Source: an uncultured Methanosarcinales archaeon
Lineage (GTDB): Archaea > Nanobdellota > Nanobdellia > Woesearchaeales > UBA12501
Reading direction: 5' to 3'
Assembly: GCA_964459835.1 (NCBI GenBank)
Contig: CAYWPA010000001.1
Location: 110,957 to 174,956, forward strand
Length of the DNA: 64,000 nucleotides
Shown: positions 8,916 to 18,334 of the stretch, piece after piece
Layout of the letters: each line of letters opens with the position of its first letter
Position numbering within the stretch: the stretch's first letter is position 1
Translations under genes and position numbers: made by a program
Notes under the pieces: generated by a model
What the model was told of the DNA's origin: nothing
Databases searched by the model: none
What the model saw: only the letters and a program-made list of their open reading frames with translations

Positions 8916-11900
8916 AGCAGGAAAGTGAAGAGATACAGGAATACTTCAACAGCATAAGCTCAGAGCTGAAGAGTGCTTATGAGGTAGCAAAGGAAGCAAG
9001 AAAGCTTGGCCTGGACCCAGAGAATAAAGTAGACATACCTATAGCCAATAACATGGCAGAGAGAGTAGAAGGGCTCATATCAGCAGATTCTCCTGAGCTG
9101 CTTGGCACAGGGCTTACAAAAAGGATACAGGAGCTGGAAGACAAGTATGGTGCATTGGCATGGGAAGTTGCAATACAGATTGCACTTGAAGTTGCACAGG
9201 AAAAGTTCTGCAAATTCAAAAGCAAAATAAAAGCAATGGAAACAGGAATAAGGACAGGAATGGCTTACTCCACTGCAGGAATTGTTTCAGCACCTTTAGA
9301 AGGGTTCGTAGAGCTAAAAATAAAGAAAAGGCTGGATGGGAAAGAATATTTTGCACTAAGCTATGCAGGCCCAATAAGAGGTGCAGGTGGAACAGCTGCA
9401 GCATTCTCGGTAGTTATTGCAGACTGCATAAGAAAAAAGATGATGTACGAAACCTACGATCCAACAGAGCAGGAAGTGAAAAGGTTTGTATCAGAGCTTT
9501 ATGATTATCATGAAAGGGTTACCAATCTTCAGTATCTTCCTTCTGAAGAAGAAATTGAATTTTTAGCAAAGCATCTCCCAATCGAAATTGATGGCGAACC
9601 AACAGAAAAGTTTGATGTTTCAAACTATAAAGATTTGCCCAGGGTTGAGACAAACAAAATAAGAGGAGGTGTTTGCCTGGTCATGGGGGAGGGGGTTGCG
9701 CAGAAAGCAGCTAAGCTGTGGAAGAGGCTGCAAAAATGGGAAAATGAATTTAACATTGACTGGGGATTTTTAAAAGAATTCCTAGAGCTGCAAAAAAGAA
9801 TAAAGGCAAAGCAGGAAAAAGAAGAAAAACAGGAAAAAATAATGCCGAACTACACATACATAAAAGACTTAGTTGCAGGAAGGCCAGTCTTAACCCATCC
9901 GATGAGAGCAGGCGGCTTTAGATTAAGGTATGGAAGAACAAGAACTACAGGCTTTTCGTCATCTGCAATAAACCCTGCATTGCAGCACGTGCTGAACAAA
10001 TACATAGCAACAGGAACTCAGCTAAAATTAGAAAGGCCAGGCAAGGCAACAGCAGTTACCATATGCGAAAACATTGAAGGCCCTATTGTAAAGCTTGAAA
10101 ACGGAAATGTTGTTCAGCTCTCAACAACAAAAGAAGCATATGACAGCGTACCAAACATAAAAGAAATACTTTTCCTCGGCGATATTCTTATAAGCTACGG
10201 CGATTTTTCCGAAAACGGCCACTGCCTTATCCCACCGGGCTATTGCGAAGAATGGTATGCGCAGGAATTTGAAAAGGCATGCGTTGATATCTTCGGCTCA
10301 CTAGATTTAGATAAAATTTCCTCCAATATTGAGATTTCAGCTGATAGCCTTAAGCATTTTTTGAGAGAACCTATAATAAATATTTTTGACTTTCAGGAAT
10401 CTTTTCATATTTCACAAAAGCTTGGCATTCCTCTGCACCCAAAATATACTTACCATTGGAATTTAATAAAGCCAGAGCAGCTGCTTGATCTTACAGGCTG
10501 GCTGAATCATGCAAAGTTTGATATAACAGACAGGCTTCAAAAAATAATTCTTCCAATGGATGAGAGAAAAAGAATTCTTGAGCTGATTGGGCTTCCACAT
10601 ATTGTGGCAACAGAATATGTTGTTGTTGAAAAAGACCACGCTCAGAGCCTATTCACTTCTTTAGGGAGAAGCGAGAATATGGAAAGCATAAAGGAAAAAA
10701 TATCAGAGCTCATAAAAGAAGGAAAAGGAACGCTGGAAATAATAAATTTGCTTTCTCCAATAACAATAAGGGATAAGTCAGGCATATTTATAGGCGCAAG
10801 AATGGGCAGGCCTGAAAAGGCCAAAATGAGGAGGCTTACAGGCCAGCCGCATGTCTTATTCCCTGTTGGAGATGAAGGCGGAAGGCTAAGGTGCTTTCAG
10901 TCAGCTCTTGAGGCAGGCACAATAAGCTCTGTTTTTCCAGTATATTTTTGCGCCAAATGCAGAAAAGAAACCATATATGGGGTTTGCGAGGAATGCGGTG
11001 AAACAACAGAAAAAAGGCACTATTGCAGGGAGTGCGGAATTATGGAAAAAAAAGAATGCCCAAGACATGGCCCATGCACGGATTACAGGCCGTATAGTAT
11101 AGACATAAAGCACTACTTCACAAGCTCATTAAAAAAGCTAAATATGGCAACTTTCCCAGACTTAATCAAAGGGGTGAAGGGAACTTCCAACAAAGACCAC
11201 GTGCCTGAAAATATAGCAAAAGGGATTCTTAGAGCGAAGCATGATATTTATGTAAACAAAGACGGAACAACAAGATATGATATGACAGAGCTCCCAATAA
11301 CACATTTTAAGCCAAAAGAAATAGGAACACCGGTGCGCAAGCTTAAAGAATTAGGCTACAAAAAAGACATAAAAGGAAAAGAGCTTGAAAGCGAAGACCA
11401 GATTTTGGAAATAAGGCCACAGGATGTAATTCTTCCAGGAAGCGCAGCAGGCTTAGCAGAGAGCGCAGACAATGTTTTGTTTAGGATTGGGCAGTTTATC
11501 GATGAGCTGCTGGCAAAGATCTACAATAAGGAGCCTTATTATAATTTTAAGGCAAAAGAAGATGTCGTAGGATGCTTGGTCATAGGCCTTGCACCGCATA
11601 CTTCTGCAGGAATAGTTGGAAGGGTGATTGGATTCTCCCAGACCCAAGGGTTTTTTACGCATCCGATGTTTCATGCGGCAATGAGAAGGGACTGCGATGG
11701 GGATGAGGCATGCGTGATCCTTCTTATGGATGCCCTGCTTAACTTTTCAAGAAAATATTTGCCAGACAAAAGAGGAAGCAGGACAATGGATTCTCCTCTT
11801 GTTCTTACAACGAAATTAGTCCCAGCAGAAGTTGATGATATGGTTCTAGGGCTGGATATTGTAAGCAAATACCCATTGGAATTTTACAAAGCAGCTATGG

Positions 11901-12448
11901 AGCTAAAATACCCATGGGAGGTTGAAATAGAGCAAGTTAAAAAAAGGCTAGGAACCCCAGGGCAGTATGAAGGGTATGGATTTACACATGATGTTTCAAA
12001 CATAAATGCAGGAATTCCTTGCTCAGCATACAAAACACTCCCTTCTATGGAAGAAAAGCTAAAAGGGCAGATGGACCTGGCTGAAAAGATAAGAGCCGTA
12101 GATGCAAAAGAGATTGCAAGGCTTGTAATAGAAAAGCACTTCCTAAAAGACACAAGAGGAAACCTAAGAAAATTCTCAATGCAGCAATTTAGATGCAGCA
12201 AATGCAATGAAAAGTTCAGGAGGCCGCCCTTAGTTGGGAAATGCACAAAATGCGGTGGAAATTTAATGTTCACAATTTCAGAAGGGTCTATAATAAAATA
12301 CCTGAAGCCTTCAATAAGCCTCGCCGAGAAATACGACGTTGATCCGTATCTCAGGCAGGTTCTGGAAATAACCCAAAAAAGGGTTGATGAGGTTTTCGGA
12401 AAGGAAAAAGAAACTCAATCAGGCCTGGGAAACTGGTTTAAAACATAG
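8912..12448 (+). CDS. polD2: DNA polymerase II (PolD) large subunit DP2
   Basis: 1178 aa with DP2-typical Zn-binding clusters (CAKCRKE…CEECG; RCSKCNEKF…CTKCGG). Overlaps the polD1 stop by 4 bp; no intein. Confidence 0.9.
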   Translation: MKQESEEIQEYFNSISSELKSAYEVAKEARKLGLDPENKVDIPIANNMAERVEGLISADSPELLGTGLTKRIQELEDKYGALAWEVAIQIALEVAQEKFCKFKSKIKAMETGIRTGMAYSTAGIVSAPLEGFVELKIKKRLDGKEYFALSYAGPIRGAGGTAAAFSVVIADCIRKKMMYETYDPTEQEVKRFVSELYDYHERVTNLQYLPSEEEIEFLAKHLPIEIDGEPTEKFDVSNYKDLPRVETNKIRGGVCLVMGEGVAQKAAKLWKRLQKWENEFNIDWGFLKEFLELQKRIKAKQEKEEKQEKIMPNYTYIKDLVAGRPVLTHPMRAGGFRLRYGRTRTTGFSSSAINPALQHVLNKYIATGTQLKLERPGKATAVTICENIEGPIVKLENGNVVQLSTTKEAYDSVPNIKEILFLGDILISYGDFSENGHCLIPPGYCEEWYAQEFEKACVDIFGSLDLDKISSNIEISADSLKHFLREPIINIFDFQESFHISQKLGIPLHPKYTYHWNLIKPEQLLDLTGWLNHAKFDITDRLQKIILPMDERKRILELIGLPHIVATEYVVVEKDHAQSLFTSLGRSENMESIKEKISELIKEGKGTLEIINLLSPITIRDKSGIFIGARMGRPEKAKMRRLTGQPHVLFPVGDEGGRLRCFQSALEAGTISSVFPVYFCAKCRKETIYGVCEECGETTEKRHYCRECGIMEKKECPRHGPCTDYRPYSIDIKHYFTSSLKKLNMATFPDLIKGVKGTSNKDHVPENIAKGILRAKHDIYVNKDGTTRYDMTELPITHFKPKEIGTPVRKLKELGYKKDIKGKELESEDQILEIRPQDVILPGSAAGLAESADNVLFRIGQFIDELLAKIYNKEPYYNFKAKEDVVGCLVIGLAPHTSAGIVGRVIGFSQTQGFFTHPMFHAAMRRDCDGDEACVILLMDALLNFSRKYLPDKRGSRTMDSPLVLTTKLVPAEVDDMVLGLDIVSKYPLEFYKAAMELKYPWEVEIEQVKKRLGTPGQYEGYGFTHDVSNINAGIPCSAYKTLPSMEEKLKGQMDLAEKIRAVDAKEIARLVIEKHFLKDTRGNLRKFSMQQFRCSKCNEKFRRPPLVGKCTKCGGNLMFTISEGSIIKYLKPSISLAEKYDVDPYLRQVLEITQKRVDEVFGKEKETQSGLGNWFKT

Positions 12449-12490
12449 TTTTCTAATTGATTTTAATTCTAAACCATATTATAAAACACA

Positions 12491-12913
12491 CTATATGATT
12501 GATTTTACCGAGTGCTTTGCCCCGCACGCCATGCACATGACAAAAGCCAGATTTTTCTCTTTTATCATTTTTGTATCAGGCTTTCCGCATTCGCTGCACA
12601 GGACAAACTCATTTGCATACTTCTGTATTTTTTCATTTATTTTTGAAGCAGGAACTTTTGTTTTAAGTATAAGCTGATTGTTCCTTATATCCCCAGGTGT
12701 TGCTAGCTCCTTTAGTGTATACTTAAGAAAATGGTCAATTGGCCTTTGGAGATGATTTCCTATCTGGATAAAGTTGCTTACAACTGTTTTGTTCCCCTCT
12801 ATATGCCCCTTTACATTAGGGATTTCAAACCTCTGCTTTTCCTTTGCGCTTTCAGGCAGCTCTTTTGTTGCCTTGTCAAGAAGGCTCTCATAATCTGCAT
12901 TTTCATTTTTCAT
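12491..12913 (-). CDS. eif2b: Translation initiation factor aIF-2 beta subunit
   Basis: C-terminal C4 zinc ribbon (CSECGKPDT…CMACGA) and conserved eIF2-beta core. Start chosen at MKNENADY… rather than the upstream in-frame M. Confidence 0.75.
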   Translation of the reverse strand: MKNENADYESLLDKATKELPESAKEKQRFEIPNVKGHIEGNKTVVSNFIQIGNHLQRPIDHFLKYTLKELATPGDIRNNQLILKTKVPASKINEKIQKYANEFVLCSECGKPDTKMIKEKNLAFVMCMACGAKHSVKSII

Positions 12914-12992
12914 AGCTTCAAAGAAAAGCAAGCCGTTTTTAAATCTATCTAAAAACAATAAATTTATATATGTAAAAACCGGAAAGTTTAGC

Positions 12993-13847
12993 ATGGTTCT
13001 GGAGTCAATTATAAGCCCGATATCAGCCGAAAAAAAGCCTTGGAAAATGTTCTTTATAGGCCTGCTTTACTCTTTGGTTGCAGTTTTCATAAGCGTACAG
13101 ATTTTCAATGAAATGGCAGGGCTAATATCTGTTTTTTTAATTGTGATGGCATCAATCCCATTAATTTACAGGACAATAATCATGGAGGAAAAAAAAGACA
13201 TGCATCCAGTGGGAGAGGCAACGCTGTTAAAAGAGCATTCAAAAGCACTGTCTTTTTTCATAATGCTGTTCTTGGGAGTGTTTGCAGGATATACTTTGAC
13301 CTATATATTTCTTCCAGCAGAAACAATAAATAGCATCTTTTCAATTCAGATAAACACTATAAAAAACATAAACAGCAACATAGTGATAGGGAGCGCAAGC
13401 CAGAACTATACTTTATTCACAAAAATATTTTTCAACAATGTGAGGGTGCTTATCTTCTGCATACTTTTTGCATTCTTCTATGGTGCAGGCGCCATATTTA
13501 TCCTTACATGGAATGCATCTGTGATAGCAGTTGCTACAGGCACATTCTTCAGAAACAATATATCGGCCATCACCTCTTTAGTGGGTTTTGACAAGATAGC
13601 AGGATATTTTTCAGTTGCTTCAATGAGCCTGCTGCGGTATATGGTGCACGGCGTGCCTGAAATTACTGCCTACTTTATAGCAGGCCTTGCAGGAAGCATA
13701 ATATCCGTTGCAGTAATAAGGCACGATTTCTCCTCAAGCAACTTTGAAAGAATCTTAGTAGACACTGTCGACCTTATACTTATATCAATAGCAGTCTTGT
13801 TTTTTGCAGCAACATTAGAGGTATTTGTCACCCCTTTGCTATTCTAG
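12993..13847 (+). CDS. Integral membrane protein (about 6 TM; possibly SpoIIM/DUF95-like)
   Basis: 284-aa hydrophobic ORF; family assignment is weak. Confidence 0.4.
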   Translation: MVLESIISPISAEKKPWKMFFIGLLYSLVAVFISVQIFNEMAGLISVFLIVMASIPLIYRTIIMEEKKDMHPVGEATLLKEHSKALSFFIMLFLGVFAGYTLTYIFLPAETINSIFSIQINTIKNINSNIVIGSASQNYTLFTKIFFNNVRVLIFCILFAFFYGAGAIFILTWNASVIAVATGTFFRNNISAITSLVGFDKIAGYFSVASMSLLRYMVHGVPEITAYFIAGLAGSIISVAVIRHDFSSSNFERILVDTVDLILISIAVLFFAATLEVFVTPLLF

Positions 13848-14519
13848 AACCTTAACCCTCCCCGGCTTTATCTCAAAAATATCCCCGCGCATAAGAAGCC
13901 TGTTTATTATGGCCTCGGCATCGCTCTTTGCATCGCTTTTTTTTGATTTAGAAATAATATCTTCAATATCCACACCATTTCCTGAGTCAAGGCTTTTTAT
14001 TATTTTTATTATGCTTTCTGAGGTGCTGTTATCATATTCATCCTTTTTTCCAACAATCTCTTTAGCATGCTCATTTTTTTCTTCTGTTTTGCTTCTTTCA
14101 TCTTTTTTATTTTCTAATTCATATTCTATCTTTGGCGCACTCTTAAAAATATTTTCAAGCTCTTTTTTTCTAACTTCAGCCCATTTTTTATCGTTTATTT
14201 TTTTTATTATTTCAATAACTAAAAATATCTGCCCATTGAACTCTCTTGGCCTGCCGACAAAAACAACCATATCTCCCACATTAGCCTTATCAAAAAAAAT
14301 GTTTTCATCAAATGCTCTTGCTGTTATTTTTCCGCTTCCATCGTCAAGAACAACGCTTCCATTGGTTTTATCAACAACACCTGCAATTATATTTGCTCTG
14401 GAGATCTTTCTTCCATTGCAAAGGATATGGTTTGGCTCCCACCCCTCATTCACAATATATTTTCCAGAGAGCAGGCTGCCTATATCTGTTTTATAAGCAG
14501 TTTGCCTGTCCTGCTGCAT
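13839..14519 (-). CDS. OB-fold nucleic-acid-binding protein with C-terminal winged helix (RPA32/Rpa2-like), immediately downstream of mcm
   Basis: OB-fold core (…GDMVVFVGRPREFNGQIFLVIE…) plus the C-terminal motif …INRLLMRGDIFEIKPGRVKVLE. This resembles the MCM C-terminal winged helix (…IEKLKRSGDIFEPRPGMFRRL). Confidence 0.45.
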   Translation of the reverse strand: MQQDRQTAYKTDIGSLLSGKYIVNEGWEPNHILCNGRKISRANIIAGVVDKTNGSVVLDDGSGKITARAFDENIFFDKANVGDMVVFVGRPREFNGQIFLVIEIIKKINDKKWAEVRKKELENIFKSAPKIEYELENKKDERSKTEEKNEHAKEIVGKKDEYDNSTSESIIKIIKSLDSGNGVDIEDIISKSKKSDAKSDAEAIINRLLMRGDIFEIKPGRVKVLE

Positions 14520-14521
14520 TT

Positions 14522-16540
14522 TTACAGCCTCCTGAACATTCCAGGCCTAGGCTCAAAAATATCACCTGACCTCTTCAGCTTCTCTATGATCTCTTCAGTC
14601 CTTTCTCTTGAAATATTCTTTTCCTCTGCTTTCTTTATAATATCTTCAGCAGGTATCGCTTTTCCTATCATCTTTTCAAGGTCTGATATAATATCTTTTA
14701 TTGTTATGATCTGGCTTCTCTGTGAAGCTGATATTCCTGTCGATATCATGTCAATGTCTATTTTTCCTGTTTTCTCATCCATGCTGACTTGGGTCAGGCA
14801 GTAAGCAATAAGGTCAATTGCCCTTTTTGTATCTTTTTTTGTAACCTTTTCAGACAGCCTTGATTTTGCAGAAGCCTCTGAAAGCCTTATCAAAGCTTCA
14901 AGCTGCCTTGCTGTAATAGGTATTATTCTTACTCCTCCTTCTTCCACCCCAGTTGCCCTCATAGAAACATAATAATTTTTTATTTCTTCAATAGCGTCTT
15001 CTGTCAATGTGGGAAAAATATTTCTTCTTGCGTAAGCAACATACTTTCTAAGCAAATCTGTCTCTATTTCTGCTTCTCCTACTTCCTCATGCTTATGCAA
15101 ATCAAGAATAAAAGAAGCTGTTTTTTCATCATGCTCTTTGTTCGGCAAATCTTTTATAGGGAATAATAAGTCAAACCTGTTTATCAAAGTTGCAGGCAAT
15201 TCAATCTGCTTTGCAACAACATCATAAGGGTTAAACCTTCCAAGCTTTGGGTTTGCTGCAGCAAGCACAGTTGTCTCGCATCTTAACGTTGCCTGTATAT
15301 TTGCCTTGCTTATGCTTACAGTCTGCTGTTCCAAGGCCTCGTGCATCGCGCTTGCATCCTCCTTACTCATCTTGTCAAGCTCATCAATCATGCAAAACCC
15401 TCTGTTTGCCAATACTAAAGCTCCTGCTTCCAAAGCCCAGCCTTTAAGGAATTCATCCCTTACAACAGCGGCAGTTAATCCAGCTCCGCTTGCCCCCTTT
15501 CCGGAAACAAACCTTGACTTAGGAGCAACAGACTTTATTCTCCTAAGCAGCTGGCTCTTTCCGCTTCCAGGGTCTCCAATAAGAAGGATGTGCATATCCC
15601 CTCTTATCTGAACGCCATCTTTCCTTTTTTTCTGCACGCCTCCAAGCAGCTGAAGTAGAATAGCTTCTTTGATTTTTTCATATCCATAAATTGAAGGTGC
15701 AAGGGACTTCACAAGAATCTCATAAACTCTTGGGTCTTTTGACAGCTCAATTATTTTTTTCTTATCTTCATCATCTATTTGCAGATTCATGTAATCTTCA
15801 TCAACACCATCAACAAAATTTGTGTCAATCATCAGGTCAAACCTTATAGACTGTCCACCTGTGTTTAGCGTTATAGGGACTTCCTTTACAATTCCATTTA
15901 TCATAATCTTGCTGCCAGGGTTTGTCTTTTTATCCTCTAAAGGGCTTACCAAATCCTGCTTCAGCAGTATATCCATTCTCTTTGGCTGCTCCCCTCCTTC
16001 CAAGTCATCCGGAGACTCCTCAAGAACAATCCTTTGTACATCAACAAGCTCCTTTCCAAGAAGCTTGAACTTTCCCTTTCTTCCGCAGCCGCATCTTGAA
16101 GGCTCCCTGAATTTCTGCTCCAGCTGCAAAACAGACAAAACATTGCCGCAGCTTGGGCATTCAAACCTTGCAGTTGTTACCTGCGGCCTTACATCCGATT
16201 TTTGCCTTACTATTCCCTGCGTGAAGATAAGCTTTCCAATCTGCTTGCTTCTCACATCCCTCACCATAATTTTCTGGCTTTCCGGAAGATTTGAGAACCT
16301 AATCCTGAAGTTCTTTGCCTTATTATCAACATCAAAGTCATCTACCGCGAGCTCAGCAGCCTTTATGACCTCTTCAGGCTCTTCCAGAAGATTGTCTGCA
16401 AGCTCAGGGTCAAACTTTGCAAGCTGGGCAAAGTCAATTGCAAGAAAATTCTTTCCCATTCTTACATTCTCAAGAAGCTCAGCATATTGATTAGCTTGAA
16501 TATATTCTCTGAATCTTTTAATCTGTTCTATTGAATCCAT
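14522..16540 (-). CDS. mcm: MCM replicative helicase
   Basis: Walker A IGDPGSGKSQLL, Walker B CMIDELDKM, zinc finger CPSCGN…CGCG and C-terminal winged helix; 672 aa, no intein. Confidence 0.92.
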   Translation of the reverse strand: MDSIEQIKRFREYIQANQYAELLENVRMGKNFLAIDFAQLAKFDPELADNLLEEPEEVIKAAELAVDDFDVDNKAKNFRIRFSNLPESQKIMVRDVRSKQIGKLIFTQGIVRQKSDVRPQVTTARFECPSCGNVLSVLQLEQKFREPSRCGCGRKGKFKLLGKELVDVQRIVLEESPDDLEGGEQPKRMDILLKQDLVSPLEDKKTNPGSKIMINGIVKEVPITLNTGGQSIRFDLMIDTNFVDGVDEDYMNLQIDDEDKKKIIELSKDPRVYEILVKSLAPSIYGYEKIKEAILLQLLGGVQKKRKDGVQIRGDMHILLIGDPGSGKSQLLRRIKSVAPKSRFVSGKGASGAGLTAAVVRDEFLKGWALEAGALVLANRGFCMIDELDKMSKEDASAMHEALEQQTVSISKANIQATLRCETTVLAAANPKLGRFNPYDVVAKQIELPATLINRFDLLFPIKDLPNKEHDEKTASFILDLHKHEEVGEAEIETDLLRKYVAYARRNIFPTLTEDAIEEIKNYYVSMRATGVEEGGVRIIPITARQLEALIRLSEASAKSRLSEKVTKKDTKRAIDLIAYCLTQVSMDEKTGKIDIDMISTGISASQRSQIITIKDIISDLEKMIGKAIPAEDIIKKAEEKNISRERTEEIIEKLKRSGDIFEPRPGMFRRL

Positions 16541-16573
16541 GGTGCAAAAGAAAAGTGTTGGGGCATATCATAA

Positions 16574-17113
16574 TCACTTAACCTTTTTCAGGTTAGCAAT
16601 TAGCTTGTCTAGTGCTTCATGAACTTCTTCTTCGCTTTTAGTTCCTGTGCAAACTACTTTTCCGTTGCTGAAAAGAAGGAATGTAGCCTTTGCCTCAGGC
16701 AGCTTGTAAACAAGTCCAGGAAATTGTTCAGGCTCATACTCTGTGTTGTCAAGCTTCATTGCAAGCTTGTTTAAGTTTAAGTCCATTCCGACTCCCCCTG
16801 AAGCTACTATGTTCTGGATCTTGATCTCTGGCTTTACAGTAATCTTGACATTGATCTTTTCAAGGCTCTTTATAATCTGCTTGATGCTTTCCTCTACTTT
16901 TTCAAGAGTTCTGGCGCCTGTGCAGACTATTTTGCCAGAAGAAAATATCAAAGCAGTTGTTTTCGGGGCTTTAATCCTTATTACAAGCCCTGGAAACTGC
17001 TCTGGATTATACTCTGTATTGCTAAGAGTTGCTGCCATCTTTTCAAGCGGTATATCGTGCTCTAAAGAGGCTGAAACAACAATATTTACTACTTTTATGT
17101 CTTGTTTCATCAT
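16574..17113 (-). CDS. tbp: TATA-box binding protein
   Basis: Two imperfect TBP repeats (…NIVVSASLEHDIPLEKMA…EYNPEQFPGLV… x2); 179 aa. Confidence 0.9.
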   Translation of the reverse strand: MMKQDIKVVNIVVSASLEHDIPLEKMAATLSNTEYNPEQFPGLVIRIKAPKTTALIFSSGKIVCTGARTLEKVEESIKQIIKSLEKINVKITVKPEIKIQNIVASGGVGMDLNLNKLAMKLDNTEYEPEQFPGLVYKLPEAKATFLLFSNGKVVCTGTKSEEEVHEALDKLIANLKKVK

Positions 17114-17217
17114 TTTACTACCCCCACACTAAATTTAAGATTTATTTTAAAAGCATTTAAATTATTTATAAATAAAGTAATCATTTATAAATACTTTGGT
17201 TTAAATACTGTTTATAT

Positions 17218-17562
17218 ATGAAAATAATTAATAAAACCCGTAATACTGTTGTTGCAGGCAGTTTTAGGACTTTTAAAGGCATTCTAGGCAAGACCATAGG
17301 CCTTATGTTCAGCCTTAAGCCAAAAACTATCGTTTTTGAATATGCTGCTGAGAGAAAAGTACCCCTTCACATGGTATTTGTTTTTTTCCCAATCGATGTT
17401 ATGTATGTTGATGCAAAAAAGAAAGTTGTGGAAGCGGCAAGCCTCAAACCATTCACTTTTTATAATCCGAAAAGAAAGTCAAAGTTTGTGATAGAACTTC
17501 CTTATAATTCCACTAAAAAGAGCATGACAAAAATAGGTGATATTATTGCATTTGAAAGTTGA
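17218..17562 (+). CDS. DUF192/COG1430-family protein
   Basis: 114 aa; the pattern …GLMF…PLHMVFVFFPIDVMYVD…IELP… is typical of DUF192. Confidence 0.45.
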   Translation: MKIINKTRNTVVAGSFRTFKGILGKTIGLMFSLKPKTIVFEYAAERKVPLHMVFVFFPIDVMYVDAKKKVVEAASLKPFTFYNPKRKSKFVIELPYNSTKKSMTKIGDIIAFES

Positions 17563-18115
17563 TGATAGGCTTTTAAACGGAATAAAATATGTTCAATATG
17601 CCTTCTTAGCATTTATCATTGTTTTATCTCTTTTAGTCATATTCAATTATTCAGCAATCCAAGGTGAGCTTGTATCTTATATAATTTTTTACGGCTATTT
17701 TGCAATATTCATATTTTCTTTGATTTCAGACATGGTGCCGCAGCCAGTTGGGCCAGAACTGCCAATCATCGCAGGAATTTTACTTGGGTTTAATGCAGTT
17801 TATGTTGTTATTATAGCATGCATAGGAAGCATGATAGCAAGTACACTTGATTATTTGTTTGGAAAATCAATAGGCGCCAGAGGCTTCAAAAAAATTTATG
17901 GTAAAAAGAAATACACACACTGGAAGAAGAAATTCAGAAAATATTCTAAAATAACCTTGGTTTTAGGAGCATGGACCCCAGCACCGTATGAAATCACATG
18001 CTGGGCCGCGGGAACATTTGGAATGAAAAAACTTGACTTCTTTTTATACGGAATAATTTCAAGAACCCTTCAGCTTTCAACAATAGCTTATATAACAAAG
18101 AGCTTTTTTATGTAA
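17537..18115 (+). CDS. DedA/YqaA-like small integral membrane protein
   Basis: 192 aa, 4-5 TM, with the motif …GPELPIIAGILLGFNAVYVVIIACIGSMIASTLDYLFGKSIG…. Confidence 0.45.
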   Translation: MILLHLKVDDRLLNGIKYVQYAFLAFIIVLSLLVIFNYSAIQGELVSYIIFYGYFAIFIFSLISDMVPQPVGPELPIIAGILLGFNAVYVVIIACIGSMIASTLDYLFGKSIGARGFKKIYGKKKYTHWKKKFRKYSKITLVLGAWTPAPYEITCWAAGTFGMKKLDFFLYGIISRTLQLSTIAYITKSFFM

Positions 18116-18169
18116 ATTTTTGACAATCACAAAAGCTTTAAATACCTTCTGCCATCACTTTTTCCTTGC

Positions 18170-18320
18170 GGGGACGTAGTATAACCTGGCTAGAATGGCT
18201 GGCTCCAGTTATGGAGCGATGAGCTGCAGAACACTGTAGCGATGATTGCAGCTATGGTCTGTTGAGGCGTTGCTTCAAAGAAGAGACCAGCAGATGGGGG
18301 TTCAAATCCCTCCGTCCCCA
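18170..18320 (+). tRNA. trnW: tRNA-Trp (anticodon CCA) with a 77-nt intron (18209-18285) at the canonical 37/38 position
   Basis: Acceptor stem GGGGACG/CGTCCCC with discriminator A; U8 A9 G10; D-loop AACCTGGCTA. Anticodon stem GCTGG (18198-18202)/CCAGC (18287-18291); loop C-U33-CCA-G37. T-arm GGGGG-TTCAAAT-CCCTC. A TATA-like ctttaaatacc lies ~30 bp upstream and a T-tract follows the 3' end. The D-stem is weak (G10-U25, A12·A23). Confidence 0.6.
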
Positions 18321-18334
18321 GTTTTTTTAGAATC

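Noticed and set aside
13825-14496. 223-aa ORF on the plus strand
   Set aside because: Fully antisense to the OB-fold/winged-helix gene downstream of mcm; Ser/Phe/Leu-rich composition and no motif. Shadow ORF.
15822-16490. 222-aa plus-strand ORF inside mcm
   Set aside because: Antisense to MCM, which is unambiguous; low-complexity translation.
18170-18320. Alternative reading of the tRNA region as a multi-intron tRNA (introns in the D-arm and at 26/27) with anticodon stem GGTCT/AGACC
   Set aside because: That parse gives no U33 and a non-canonical loop. The single-intron tRNA-Trp(CCA) parse satisfies U8, G10, G26, U33, R37, A38, the T-loop and the acceptor stem at once. The GGTCT/AGACC pairing is instead explained as intron-exon pairing in the pre-tRNA.
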